Positions 1 to 13,200 of a stretch of DNA of 64,000 nt are shown piece by piece; position 1 is the first letter of the stretch, and every line of letters starts with the position of its first letter. Source of the DNA: Octopus sinensis (Eukaryota); contig NC_043008.1 of assembly GCF_006345805.1 (NCBI RefSeq), positions 76,570,001 through 76,634,000 of the forward strand. The letters are read 5' to 3'. The notes under the pieces are model-generated. The model saw only the letters and a program-made list of their open reading frames with translations, did no database searches and had not been told where the DNA came from. Made by a program: the position numbers and the translations under genes.

Positions 1-35
1 CCGGGTGTTTTGCGTTCTTGTCCCATTTTGTATTT

Positions 36-74
<39 letters not shown>

Positions 75-75
75 T

Positions 76-651
76 TTTACATCTAATATAGGATGAAATT
101 TTCGAAAAAATTTTATCAATGGCCATCATATTAAAAAATACCATTAAAGGTTAAATTTATAAACAATTTATAAATAAGAGCAAAAGAAAAACTTCCAATG
201 CCAAATATGCCGATAATAGACTTAAATCGTCAATAACTATATAATTCATCACTATAAACACGCGTCTCGAAGCAAGCCGACAGAAATTTCTAAAACATTT
301 CGTTATTATCGAATCGGCCCCGACTTCTGAGTTAATTCATACAGAATTTCCTCGTCGTCAGCGATAAATACGATAAGAAAATAAATTAGATACTTTCTCG
401 CACCTATGGAAGAGGTAAACACTGAGTCATGTGTACACTTAAGTACCCCAAATATATCCAAAATAGAAATTCTACAACATACCTCAAGACACGAGTCATC
501 GAGCTGATAATTCTCATATAGTGAGAGAGTCCGGAAGTGAATAGTATTAAATTTACATCTAATATAGGATAACATTTTCGAAAAGATTTTATCAATGGCC
601 AGCATATTAAAAAATACCTTTAAAGGTTAAATAGTGATGAATTATATAGTT
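76..651 (-). mobile_element. Non-coding PLE/retrozyme-like element (476-bp period) abutting an (AT)n tract
   Basis: Direct repeats at 76-156 and 552-632. 631-651 is the exact reverse complement of 235-255. (AT)n at ~38-73. Degenerate hammerhead-like motifs on the minus strand: CTGACGA at 355-361 and GAGAC-GCGT-GTT at 257-268. Confidence 0.6.
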
Positions 652-2375
652 TTAGCTTAAGAGTAATTGGGAAATAATTTATAGTACGTTGAGGGGTTAC
701 TATAAAAACTTTTTTTATATATTTATTAATCATATAAGATTTTTAGAGTATATATAATAATTAGTGGTTTTTAATTATTTAATTTATTCTGTATTAAGTA
801 TTATTTATCATAGTTATTTTATTAATAAATCTTATAGTATAGAGTGATTTTATTCTTTATTTGTGACTTCATTCTATTTACATTTATTGATAAACCATAA
901 CTGTTCCCATTCACAATCTTCATTGATAAAGCGTATTTGTTCCTCACGCTTAATGAATTCTTCAACAATTTATTCTTTTTTTGCTAATAACGTAATTCCA
1001 CGAGTATTCTTATAAACGCTGTAAAGACGTTTTCCGATTCAAAAGTTTAGTTCATCACAAAATCCCGCTAAGCTAAGTATATATTTATATTTGAGATCTT
1101 TAAATTTTAATATTTTATAAGTCTTATAATATAATATTTTTTTAATGTAAATATGGTTGTTTATGTAATGATCTAATTATCGTAATTTTCTATATAATTA
1201 TTAGATATTAACTTTAAGTTTATTCGTAAGAATTTTCTTAGCGATAGATATGTTGTTTGATAGCAAGTATACGAGTTGTTTAAAGTTAGGTTTATGTATA
1301 TACATGTATTAATAGCATTAATTGTAGTTTTAAATTCCTTATAATTATTATTTTAACTTATATATTGTCTTTTTAAATTGATATTTGCTAGTTTTATTAT
1401 TCCCATTGATAAATATATTTATAGTATTTATTTGATACTATATAAGAATTGATTATTTCTTTAAGTATTTTAAATATAAGATTTCTGAAAGTTATTATTT
1501 AGCCAACGAGATATAAAGATAGTTAATTTGCTATAGCGTTCGTTTAAGATTGTTTGTTTGCATATTTGAAATTAGCTATTTCATCTTTAGATATGAAAAA
1601 TTAATTTATTAGGTCTTTATTATAAGTGCATATATATTTATTTATAGAGATTATTTTAGATCTTATTGATATACATTTATATATTTTCATTGATAATTTA
1701 TATATTATTTAAATTTTATATTTTTAATAATATAATAGTTTTTTTGTAAAATATTTATGTAATTAGATATTGACTATTACTGATATTAGATTATTGGTTG
1801 GTTTCTTACCTTAAAAATTAATACTTAAAAATTAAAATTAATATTTAACATTATAATTGATGTTTTGATATAATTATAATCGTTAAGTTTCTAGTTTGAT
1901 AATAGAGTTTTTTATAAGTAAAATTATTATATTATTTATTTCTTAAAAATATTGTTTAAATATTTCTGATTATTTATTAAAATATTACAATTAACCTGAA
2001 TATTGACTGTAAACAAAATTCGAATTATTAATTGAATTTAAATTATTGTTATTCGAATTGGTTACGGGCAGGAAACGAAAGTAGTGTGTTTACTCTTTGT
2101 TAAACTTTTAATACTTTTTGATAGTTATATATTTAGAAAAATAAATAAATAAAATAAAATAAAATAATAATAAATATATATATATATATTTAAAATTTAT
2201 AAGTTTAAATTATTTAAATAATTTTTTAAATTCTAACTTTAATTTAAATATTCTAATTAAAAATTTTATATTTTTTTATATTTTATGTTTTTTTTAATTA
2301 ATTTTATTTCTATGTATTGGCTTATGATTTTCACTGTTTGATTTGCCTAATAGTGGTTTTATCTCTAATTTAATA
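652..2375 (-). pseudogene. Heavily eroded Penelope-like reverse transcriptase remnant
   Basis: The A-rich minus strand gives, across frameshifts and in the expected order, PII(S)NISNSQYL, KIISINNIY, NKYYK and LSMG..LANI, resembling PLE RT motifs. Confidence 0.4.
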
Positions 2376-2380
2376 TAATA

Positions 2381-2435
<55 letters not shown>

Positions 2436-2476
2436 CGGCATATGTACACTTTGTTCTCTTATAATATATATATATA

Positions 2477-3180
2477 CGAGCAAAACGCCCCCCGTCCAAT
2501 GGACGGTGCTGAGTTGTCAAACATTTAAACCAAATTTTCTCAAAACAACTTGTCCGACCGTCTCATAGGCCTCCCCTTTGAGAAACACTGATTTAATCTA
2601 AATTTGAGACACCAGCAAAAGAAAAAATTAAGGTAGACTTTTTTCTATTCCAAAGAAAAGCAATTTTATTCACACAAATATGCAACCGAATAGTTTAAAG
2701 TACCAGTAATGATAAGGCTGTTGACTGGTAGAACACAAACATGGTTTAAACGGTAAGCTTGGCAGGAAAGGAACGTGCCTACAAGCAGTACAAAAACAAC
2801 AAAAAATGGAAGGTGCAGTTATGTACAGGTTGACGGAAGAAAAGCAGGACAAAAGCGATGCATGCAAAGGGGTTAGCTGGAGGTAAATCTAGATAGAAAA
2901 GCATGATGATTTTTTTGCGCAAACTGCACGTGCATTTTTCTCGCGTACGTGTAGTATCGATCGCAACAGCTGATGTACTTGCGCGTACAAATGCACGTTC
3001 CCATGGCTTTATCGATCGCATTTTCACCTGGAATCGATTTTTGTACTTTTTCCAAGACTTGTACACGCCCTAATACTGTCGGTATCTACATATCAAATTT
3101 GAGCGCAATGGGATGGAGGATGCCCGAGATCCTAGAAGACACACACACACGCACAGACAGAACGGATTTTATATAATAGA
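2477..3180 (-). mobile_element. Non-autonomous Helitron
   Basis: Minus strand starts TCTATTATATAAAA followed by a (GT)-rich tract and ends with hairpin CCGTCCA-T-TGGACGG plus CTCG (CTRR-like). Inserted between A and T with no TSD. Confidence 0.75.
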
Positions 3181-3289
3181 TATTGTATAAAATCTTTTAA
3201 GTTGTTTCAGTCATTAGACTGGAGCATGCAAAGGCACGGCCTTGAAGAATTGAATAGATCCCAGTACTTATTTTTCTAAGTATTCGGGG

Positions 3290-4169
3290 TTAAATCCGGA
3301 ACTGATTGGCTAAGAAAAGGATTCAATGCGCCGTTAAATATCGGGGACTGCAGGGGGAACCTAAGTTACGCCTAATAATAGGTCAACATGAAAAGGATGT
3401 CTATGAAGTATCTGCTGGAGACAGAATCTACATACATATTTGGAGATACATTGTACATGCATTGAAGAGAAAATGGGAAAAGATACCTAGATTACTGTTT
3501 AATTTTGTGGGATGATGATCTAAATCAACGACTGAAATTTAAGAATTTGATAAATAATATAAACGACAATATTCAATTTACGAAGAAATTCAACCAGAAA
3601 GCACCACCATTTATAGACATTTTAATCATGAGTAAATATGAAATGTATATTCACTTCATACCCACAGGTTCCAAACATTAACTACCTTTCACATCCGGCC
3701 ATCCTAAACTTATTTTTAAAAAGACACATTCTCTTCAACTTAGCTAAGAGAATGTCCTCAATTCTATAAAACATTGCAATACAGGATCAACATTTAGAAC
3801 TGAAAATAATACTAAGGGTGTTGTCACTCAGTTTTATTGTAAATGGAATAGAAAGGGCAAAATGTTTAGATCCCCTTGATGACAAAAATATAAGAAGTAA
3901 AGCCCCCCAAAATGTTTTACTTTTGTGTCTACTTTTAACCCAAGTAATAATGAAACGTTTAGCAACAGATCTGTTTTGCTTGAAATTCAAAACAAAAAAT
4001 TGAAAATATCCTAAGAAAATCAACTTAGCATCAAAGCAAAGGCAACCGAAGACTTCGAAAAAACATTTTAACTTCGGCAAACATGTACCCAACCCTAAGT
4101 TTACTAAATTTTGCAGTCCAAAATGTGGTACATATCTGAAGGCAACCTTAGTTGAATCCAGTGCCGTCA
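3290..4169 (+). pseudogene. Penelope-like element RT/thumb/linker fragment
   Basis: Broken frames read RYLDYC..ILWDDD..INNINDNIQFT, PTGSKH*LPFTSGHP, FVSTFNPSN and CSPKCGT, matching PLE RT C-terminal and linker motifs. Confidence 0.7.
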
Positions 4170-5640
4170 TGTTCTAATGAGAGTCCCCTATAGTTATCTT
4201 CCCTGTCTCATCGTTAGCAACTAGGTGGCGCTCATTTCATAGCTATAAAAGACGTGCACAAACAGGTAATATCCTCTTTCTGTCACATACTACCTGCAGC
4301 TAGCCACGGTTTCTCCATCTCTGTTCCTGCTACGAGACAACTTCTCGTTGATTGAATTTTCTTAAATCCTCTTTCCCCAGTCATGGAATGCGGCAAGACG
4401 AAAAAATTTCCTGGTTCAAATTCCATTTTGTTCTACTGAATGTAAATGTTCAAGCTGTGTAAATGCTCTCATCCCGGATCGGAATAAATCCCTCGTGTAC
4501 ATGAAGTTTTCACAAATCTCACACGAGTTGTTGTTGTTCCTCACTGGATTGATTCTAACAGCGATCGAAGGATGACCGAACATTATATTAAATTAGTGGG
4601 CTAAAAACCTGCTAAAGTGGTGACCCCGACGCCGGAAAATATCTATCGGATATCTTCCTTAAGAAAAAAAAAAGAAGGGCAGGAGATACGTGTAAAAACA
4701 AAAACAAAAAGTATTTTGAATAGCCGGTTCTCCTTTTTGACACCCATGTGTGTCAATATTCTGTTGTATACAACATGGCGGATGGCCTTCGTCTCCATCG
4801 CTTGACCATGTGCCTCACGCATGCATCGTTTTCGTCTGGATTTTGCCCGCTCGCCGCCATTGCATAACATTATTCGAGTTTGCCTTATCATAGGTTCCAA
4901 TATACAAATTTGGAGTGAGAATACGAGTCACGAAAGATTTTGTCGGACTGTGCCTGTTTGTTTTTGTCAATTTAGACTTCAGTCAGAATGAGCCATTCAC
5001 CGTTACCAGCCATTAGTGATGTGCGGCTCTGGTTTTCCCAGTTGGACTCGTATTTCGTGGCGAGTGACATTTCATCCGAGCGGCAGCAACTGCTGAGTTC
5101 TATCTCTCCCTCACTGGCTATTAGTCTCAAGGATATCATCATTGACATCCCTAAAGATGCTGCGTATTCATCCGTCAAGTGAGAGATTATTCACAGGACG
5201 GCCATACCCGAGAGCAAGCGTTTCCGCACGTTAATTTGTGACGAATATTTGGAGGACAGGACGCCGACTCAACTGCTGCGCAGAATGAGAGAGCTCAACG
5301 AGGGTTCTTCCAAAGACAGCTCCTTTCTGAAACAGCTTTTCTTCTCTCGTTTGCCTTCGCACGTGCAGGGGATTCTCGCCCTTAGCATGGACATCACTCT
5401 CATCGACTAGTTAGCCTTGTCTGCCGATAGAATCTTGGAGTACACTGGAAATGGAACTGCGGACAACAAATTGGCTACTGTTTTTCCTTCCCCCTCAATA
5501 GTCGTAGCTTCTTTTCAGCAGCCTGATTCCATTCAAGCGGACACTCTGCAGGCCATTAGGAAACTCACCGCGCAGGTGAAGAACATATGTGCCACTCAGA
5601 ATTCGTCACGACGGCGAACGTTCAGCCGGTCACCATAACT
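4170..5640 (+). mobile_element. Gypsy (Mag-like) LTR retrotransposon 5' fragment: putative LTR, PBS and disrupted gag
   Basis: TG start at ~4170, TATAAAA at ~4244, PBS at 4618. The gag-like frame from 4988 (LWFSQLDSYF...DRTPTQLLRRMREL...LFFSRLP...ADRILE) has in-frame stops. Confidence 0.75.
4618..4631 (+). promoter_or_regulatory. Primer-binding site complementary to the tRNA-Trp 3' end
   Basis: TGGTGACCCCGACG lies between the putative LTR and gag. Confidence 0.7.
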
Positions 5641-5689
5641 TTCTGTGGATGACGAGTTTATTGCTTTGCAGAAGACTCACGGGACACTA

Positions 5690-5830
5690 GCAACAAATCA
5701 ATAATGTAGGAAAATCATGAAAATCCCGTTAAGCGGACATATATCAACATGCGCCAGGATGGAACTGCCAAATTTTAAAATATTTCCGTTCTGAAAATGC
5801 ACAAGCTCTATCACAGAGCAACAACTTATA
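5690..5830 (+). pseudogene. Penelope-like GIY-YIG C-terminal remnant, probably continuing 3290-4169
   Basis: QQINN...IPLSGHISTC...FKIFPF*KC on the same strand, after the Gypsy insertion. Confidence 0.55.
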
Positions 5831-5844
5831 AATTATTTTATTCT

Positions 5845-6040
5845 TTTATACTTTAGCTTGTTTCGGACTTACTTGGGCACTGCCTTGAAGAAATCTATTC
5901 GAATAAATCGATCCCAGTACTTCTTTTAAAGCCTGGTACTTGTTCTATCGGTCTCTTTTGCCGAAGCTTTAGGTTATGGGGACGTAAACAAACCAACACC
6001 GGTTTTCAAGTGGCGTGGGGGACAAATACACACACACGCA
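5845..6040 (-). mobile_element. tRNA-derived SINE (family A), 3' half
   Basis: Reverse complement matches the 3' half of the SINE at 56599-56995. Confidence 0.7.
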
Positions 6041-6044
6041 TAAA

Positions 6045-6416
6045 TATTGTGTCTGGAGAGAGTCATTCTCGTTTAGTGCCTTATTACTTAACACACTCAC
6101 CGGTTCGATTTCTACTCATTTATTCATTTATTTTTTCTAAAATTTCCGTTGCATCTTGCAACCTCTTCTACAGCCATTGACTCTGTTATCAAAGCTGCGT
6201 TCTTTTCGTTTGTGTGTTTGTTTGTGCTCATGTGTATACTCATATGTATGTATGTACGTATGTATGTATGTATGTATGTATGTGTGTATGCGTGTGTATT
6301 TGTGTGTGTATTTGTGTGTATATGTGTGTGCTTGTCTGTCCGTATTACCCATGTACCTATTTATCTATTTATCTATCCGTTTACTTCCATATCTATTTAT
6401 CTACATATATGTATAG

Positions 6417-6488
<72 letters not shown>

Positions 6489-7188
6489 TATATATGTAGA
6501 TAAATCTATATATATATATATGTGTGTGTAGATAAATATATATATATATATATACGTCTACATAAAAGCCTACTAACATCTCTACCTGTATATATATAAA
6601 CTCTAGGTATTGGTGTATGACTATCTTCTACGTATATTTCTTATTTAGTACTGGGGATGTTTCATTTATGAGGACGTACTCTTGTAAGTCCTCATAAATG
6701 AAACATCCTGTAGGTCCTCATAAATAGGAAATATACATGTAGACGTGTGTGTATGTGTGTGTGTGTGTGTGGCGTGTAGGTAAACAGATATGAAAGTAAC
6801 TAGATAAATAGATAGATAGATCGATCGATAGATAGATAGATCGATCGATAGATAGATAGGTATACAGGTAATACACAGACAAGCTCACACATACCAACGC
6901 ACATACACACATGAAAACTGAAAGACATGACCATATACATACACGTGCACTTCACACATACACACACAAGGACACATATGGAGACACACTTTCATACATA
7001 ACAGACGCACGTACATAGTCACACAAACTCATGCACATACAAGCAGTCAGAGTCAACGACTATTGAAAAGGTTGCAAGACGCAACGAAAGTTTTGGGAAA
7101 AATAAATAAGTAAATGAGTGGAAATCGAACCAGTGAGTGTGATAAATTATAAGGCGCTAAAGGAGAATGACTCTTCCCAGGCACAATA
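6045..7188. repeat. Fold-back element with long diverged inverted arms and a central perfect hairpin
   Basis: Arms 6045-6185 and 7048-7188 are inverted. Mirror similarity continues through 6325-6410 versus 6775-6890. Perfect 21-bp stem at 6655-6675/6688-6708. Confidence 0.8.
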
Positions 7189-7244
7189 AAATATGCTTCA
7201 ACACACGAATTCACATAAAGAATCTTGCAAACCTAATACAAAAA

Positions 7245-7360
7245 CGAAATATATACTACGTGCTTCTTTCAGGAGACACTTTCCCAAGATGCAACGCAGT
7301 GGGACTGAACCTGGAGATATGTTGTTGGGAAGGAAGCTTCCTACCACACAGCCGCGTCAC
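7245..7360 (-). mobile_element. tRNA-derived SINE (family A), 5' head
   Basis: Reverse complement reads GCGGCTGTGTGGTAGGAAGCTT...GGTTCAGTCCCACTGCG, with A and B boxes. Confidence 0.7.
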
Positions 7361-7529
7361 ATAGACAATTTTACTATAAAATATAATTCTTGCTTGAATG
7401 GTTACCAAATAATTTCTTTGACCGAAGGACAATTCGGTTACACTTACATGGACACGCACACGCATGTTTACATACTGATTACAATATATCATTAACCCAA
7501 GTGTATGTGTGAGTGCGGGCTATGTGTGC

Positions 7530-7561
<32 letters not shown>

Positions 7562-9434
7562 TTAATCATTAGCTATTTCGAACGAATGTTCATATATATG
7601 CATATATAATACATACTTTGAGCTTGTATATTAAATCCGTACATTTTGCTTAGTGTCTCTGAATTTAATTACATAAACAATGCTGATGGAATTATTAACT
7701 GTATATACTGGAATGTTGTGTCATAACTTTTGTGCTAGAAAGTAAAGGAGAGAGATAGAGAAGGAAAGAGAGAAAGCAAATCTGTGAGCAGGTTGTGAAT
7801 ATACGATGAAAACCATTAAATCTATGTACTGTAAAAGGGAATGAAGTGGCCATTATAACGACCAAGGTACAATCATGAAATGCTCATTAGTATAAAGACT
7901 TTACATTAGTGACCGAGTGTTTCAATGACTATTTCTCTTAAAAATCACCATAGAGAGAAATAAAGACTTTTGGGTCAGTTTGCAACCCCAATAGTGAATG
8001 TTTGTAACATTTATACTGAAGAGGGTTAACAACAAAATAGTTATTTTTATATTTCTGACAAAAATAATGATGATCCATGAATGCTAAGAAGTTGCGTGAT
8101 CACCATGGCTACCATATTAAAATTGATTACACTTCCGGCTAGGAAAGAAATCAACAAGCTGATGTTTACAAATCTCTGGTAGCAGACTGAACGTTGATTT
8201 TTAGGAGTAAATATTGATAATTCCGTGGAATTGGCAAGTATGAATTCTCTCATTCCAAAATGAAACACTTCAATGCAATAAAGAACATGAATTTCCGTAA
8301 TGATTAATGTTTTCTTTTTTTTTCTTTTTTTTTCACTTCCGTATTATTTAAGCTTGTCTATTTTGAATTTAATTACAAAGAAGACTGTGTATAATTTAAC
8401 TTCGACGCTGTGCTGATAATAAGAGCTGTATTTACAGTTGTGTCTTCCGGGCATTTTATTTTAAAGATTTTTATATTCTATTCAAGGCAACTTTATTCTC
8501 ATAAATTAATGCAGTTCATATAATTTTTCCTCTTAATCTTTTTGTGATTGTCAATCGTTTGACCTTTATGAGGGAGTAGATATATTTGTTGATGTACTTA
8601 CATATAAAAGTTTGATTAATTATAATGTTTCTCTATAAACAAATTTATATTTTAGATTTAGATTTATGTTTGTGATTTGTTTGCTTGAATAAAATTGATT
8701 GTATTATGTTTACGTCTTAGCTATATGTTCCTTAGAGACAAGAGACAAGAGTCAATAGTGTACATAATTGTCGTGAAATATATAATTGAAGTAGTTTACT
8801 GTGCAATTAGCTCAAATTAAACAATAGACAGCAAATATAAATTGAATGTAATGGATTGGTAGACAAGTTAATTCCAAATAAAATGGCTATGAGTGTAAAA
8901 TAACTTGTCTAAGCATGTTCTTGATAATTCTAATTTTTTCAAAACATCATGAATTTTTTATCCGCATTAAACGTCTACCGTTAACGACTTCGGCTTTACA
9001 TTTGTATTAATTCAATATTCCTTGTAATTAAAATCAATTATTTTCGTAGTTTACATCTCTTCCACTAGATTCTCAAGTGTCTTTAAAAATCCTTTAGAAA
9101 CCAATTTTTGCCTCTACAATCAACTCTGACAATTTCTTCAGTTTCGTTTTTATCATCGCATGACCGATTCTAATTATTGTAGCTTCTCGTACAGACGTTT
9201 AAATTAAATGTTGTATTTAACTTCGTCCCTTCAATTTTTCTGCGATCAAATCTGTCCGGAGTTAAATTCGTTTTTTATTCCTCTGGGATCGATAAACTGC
9301 ACATGAACAATTGATTCAATCGACTTTAGACCTCTTCAATGATTGGTGTTGCCTTGTGTAAGTTTTAGAAATTTTGTCAGAATTCTCCAGCTACTATCTC
9401 TGTACAATTTATCAATCATATTACTCAAAACATA

Positions 9435-10287
9435 AGAGGTGCATTCAGAAAGTATCCGTCTTTATTTTTCCCGCCAAAACTAATACCGTATGGGCAAAAT
9501 CCTTTGGGTTAAAGGTGACGCCAACCCTTCTGTGCATGTTTGAAAATTCCCGCAGCTGTAGGCTATGTCTGTTCCCGGTTGTTATGCCTAGGGTACTGAC
9601 GTGTAGTACGCGCTCGTCGAATTTTCGTTTCTACCGAACGCCTCGAGGAGAGATACTACATCAACTTTTGCCAAAAGCTTGGTGATACTCAAGCACAAAT
9701 CATCCTGCAGATTCAACAGGCTTTTGGCGATGACGCTATAAACAAAAATTAAATCAATGATTGGTAAAACTGCTTCAAAAATGGTTGCACCTCAGTGGAA
9801 AGTGAGGCACGTTCAGGCAGGCCAAAACGAAGAACCGGTTGAGAAGGTCCGATGAATATTCATGGAAGACCGCCGTGTAATAATCCAGGCAATTGTTCAC
9901 GAAGTGAAAATAAGCACAGAATCATTGCATTCTATTTTAATGGGGGATCTGTGCATGCAGAAATTCTCGGGGAAATTTGTCCTCAAGGGGCTGGTGGAGC
10001 AGCAGAAGCAACTCTGTATGGAAATGGACAGCGCAAACCACGTTCCAGACTTCATGAAGATCATCACCGCTGTTGATGGGGAAATGGATTTATGGTCTCT
10101 GTTCGATGCTTTCAGTCATCTAATGTGAAAACGAAAATCCGACGAGCGCACACTAAACGTCTGCACTATAGACGTAACACTTGAGAAATGACGTAGCCTA
10201 CCGGCACGAAATTTGAGTCGCATTCGTTTCCAAAGGAATTTATCCACGCGGCATCAATAATGTTGGTTACTTTTACAACGCACCTCG
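9435..10287 (+). mobile_element. Internally deleted mariner transposon
   Basis: TA-flanked imperfect TIRs (AGAGGTGCATTCAGAAAGTA / TACTTTTACAACGCACCTCG). Transposase remnants EDRRVIIQAIVHEVKIS and KFV. Confidence 0.8.
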
Positions 10288-13200
10288 TATGTGTGACACA
10301 AAAAGAATCTTAGCATTTCATTGGGTGACTTTATAACGTTCTATTATATGAATCGTCATAGCTAACGATTGATATAATTTCAGCCAGCATAACTACTTAG
10401 GGTTATATTTCCTGTTCCATTTGAGTCAAGATATCAAAATTTACTTGCTCTCTAAATTACCAGTCTGTACCACTAATTGGAATTTTAGAAGTTCAATATG
10501 TGGTCCAAAATAAATAAGAATTGATAATAAAAGAAGAATATTATTTTGCCAACTGTTAAAAAAATATATTTTACCTTCTCTAATCTCAAGAAAATATTTC
10601 TTTACACTGACAGTTTCTAAATATGTTTCTCTGGATAATCAGTCTTGCAATAAATCACATCTCCAGTAAAATATTCCTCAAATGAGATTTTTATTTATTT
10701 ATATATAATTCAGTTTATATATGATTTGGTTGTCTTTAAGGAAATATTTCAGGAAATACTTTCTTAATAACTTCAAATTCTGAAGCATATATTTTCCCAT
10801 TTTATTACACACAAACTCTCCATATTGTTGATACTGGGTATTTTATGATATAAAACTGGATATTCTGACTTTAACTGTCGTTATTTCTCACTAAACATTT
10901 CTTTTCCTATATATTTACACTTACATAGTTGTGTTTTACTGAAATAACACACATGGTTTTCAGTCTTAAAGATTAATGTGGATCGTCTCACTGTGTATAC
11001 TCGTTAGCAAAGAAAAACTAACCTAGTTTTTTTTTCTAACATCGGCAGAAGTTCTTATTGGATAAGATGTGTGTCAATAGCAGATAAATTTCCTTGACCA
11101 TCAATCATGTTTGTTACCTCTGTTACACAGCAGTGAGCTATGAGGACTACAGGACCACTTTACAGAAAAGTAAACAAGGATTGAATGCAATAAGTTGATA
11201 AGAAATAAACTACTGACTGCTTCCTTACAGGCACACAAGCTCGGTGAGCAGCCAAATAGGAATTGCCATACAATCTTTTCAGGAATCAATAAGCCTCAAT
11301 GAAGCAGACTGCATCATGGTTTCAGCATACTCAGTATGCTACTAAAATGAATGGACTGCAACAACAGATGGCGGTATTACTGAGGACAACTAACAATGTT
11401 TTGTCATTTAGCATGATGATCGGAAAGTCCCAAAATGAGAGGAAAGGCTCAAAAACTCCGGAATCCACATGGACTACTATTGCTCTAAAATTTCAGTAGC
11501 ATCGTATCGGCGCTGTAAGCAAACTACCTAACGCTAGCCAGTATCTACTGGATTATCTCGACTCAAACAGTTTCGCAATGAGGGGTGAGTTCAGAGCACA
11601 ATCTGTTTTACTTCAAGTGACTTCACTATTCACTGTCAGGACATGTTTGGAAAAAGAGAGTTTTGGCGTAACAGAAAAAAATTTTAATCCAGAAATTTTC
11701 CCACTCCAGAGACAACAGAATTTTAATATCTTCCTTCTGAAACCCATAGTACACTGTCAACTCCATCACTAATGTGATATTATTATAAAAGCATTTGAAA
11801 TGTAGAGATATTATAGTTTAGCGAACAAATATTTACCATGTTAGCAATTAATATTTTTAGTTCAAAACTTCGCTGAGACTGCACGCTTTCTAACCAAAAC
11901 CTCAGTTTATTTCCTACTCCTTACTTCCATCTACGGCAGCCAACATCATCTCGAAAACATCTCGAATTTTCACTAATTCCTCCGTAAAGTTAAAAACACT
12001 GACAATCCCAGATTGTCATCGTCTATGCTTGTTGCTATCAAACTGAAAGACTTTCAAATTCTCTGACCAATTTATGTCACTTCTATTTGCTGTTTTCCCA
12101 TTCTACTTCAGAGACACTAACCATGCCCTCTATCAAGGGTATCCTCCATAAAGGATATACCTACCATTTCCTCTTCCTTTTTGAATATGTCTTGGTATAG
12201 ATACAAGTGTAGATGTAAATGGATTGACGGTTTAAAACTTCACTACAAAATGTAGTTTACTTATTCATTTTTACCATCATCACCTTTCAGCTCATAAATT
12301 TTCAACGCATTTCATTTCATTTTGCCTCAGTCTGCTCAGTCGTAGTGTGTACCAGTCAGGTGCTGGCATACTTCTCCTTCCTTTTCAGCCGTACATTCTG
12401 GATGATACACAGAATCAAGGGTGAGAGGGCTGAGGAGGTGTGTATGTAACTACATATATACCTCAAACAAATAGTGAAATCATGGTACATGCTACTATAT
12501 GCGCTTAAAAATGGACGGGTGTGCCTTCTTATAGCTATACTTTGATTATACAAAACTGCAACAGATTGTTTTTGTCTGAATATCAAATAATGGATTTCGA
12601 GAGATGGAAAGTGATAATATCTTTTTTTGTTATTGTCAAGAAAATTTATACTCTAGATCAGAATATCTTCATTGAATTAAATATTATTTCGTTCATGTTT
12701 CTTTGCAAAAATGTCCTATTATCTCTTGATCCAATTTTCTAACGTGTGACGTATTTTCTGGTAATTTGATTCTTTGCACAGAAATTTGATTTCGAAACAG
12801 ATTTTACATCATTTCATCAGGTATGTTATTACTATCGGTTTTGATGTTACTTCGGTGTGTTTTAAATCCCACTGAAAATAACTTGACCGATCTACCTCAA
12901 ATTATTGTCTGTCGTCTTAATAAAGACGCATTTGACAATATATCTCTTGACAGAATGGCATTGATCATAGTTCTGCTCAATCAGGACTGATCTGTAGCTA
13001 AGCACCGAACTTTTTGTAGCGCTAAATTTTAAAGAAATGAGAGCCTAAATGATATGACGCCCATACCATTCTAATGGCCATAAAAATTAGTGCAAGTCAA
13101 GTAAATTAGCTCTGACAAGGAATCGAAAAACTAGTTAAAATCTACGATTTGCCTCAAACTCTTCAATGTTCGTTAAAAATCAGCAAGTATCGATCCAATG

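Noticed and set aside
652-2375. Possible mitochondrial insertion (NUMT) because of extreme AT content
   Set aside because: No recognisable mitochondrial rRNA, tRNA or protein motifs. Faint PLE RT motifs fit better.
6137-6912. ORFs rich in YI, CV, HT or ER repeats here and elsewhere (e.g. 16074, 27969, 31345, 41146, 61540, 63756)
   Set aside because: These are translations of microsatellites.
11100-11540. Possible Gypsy integrase remnant (KPQ*SRLH)
   Set aside because: Only one weak motif, not enough to support a call.
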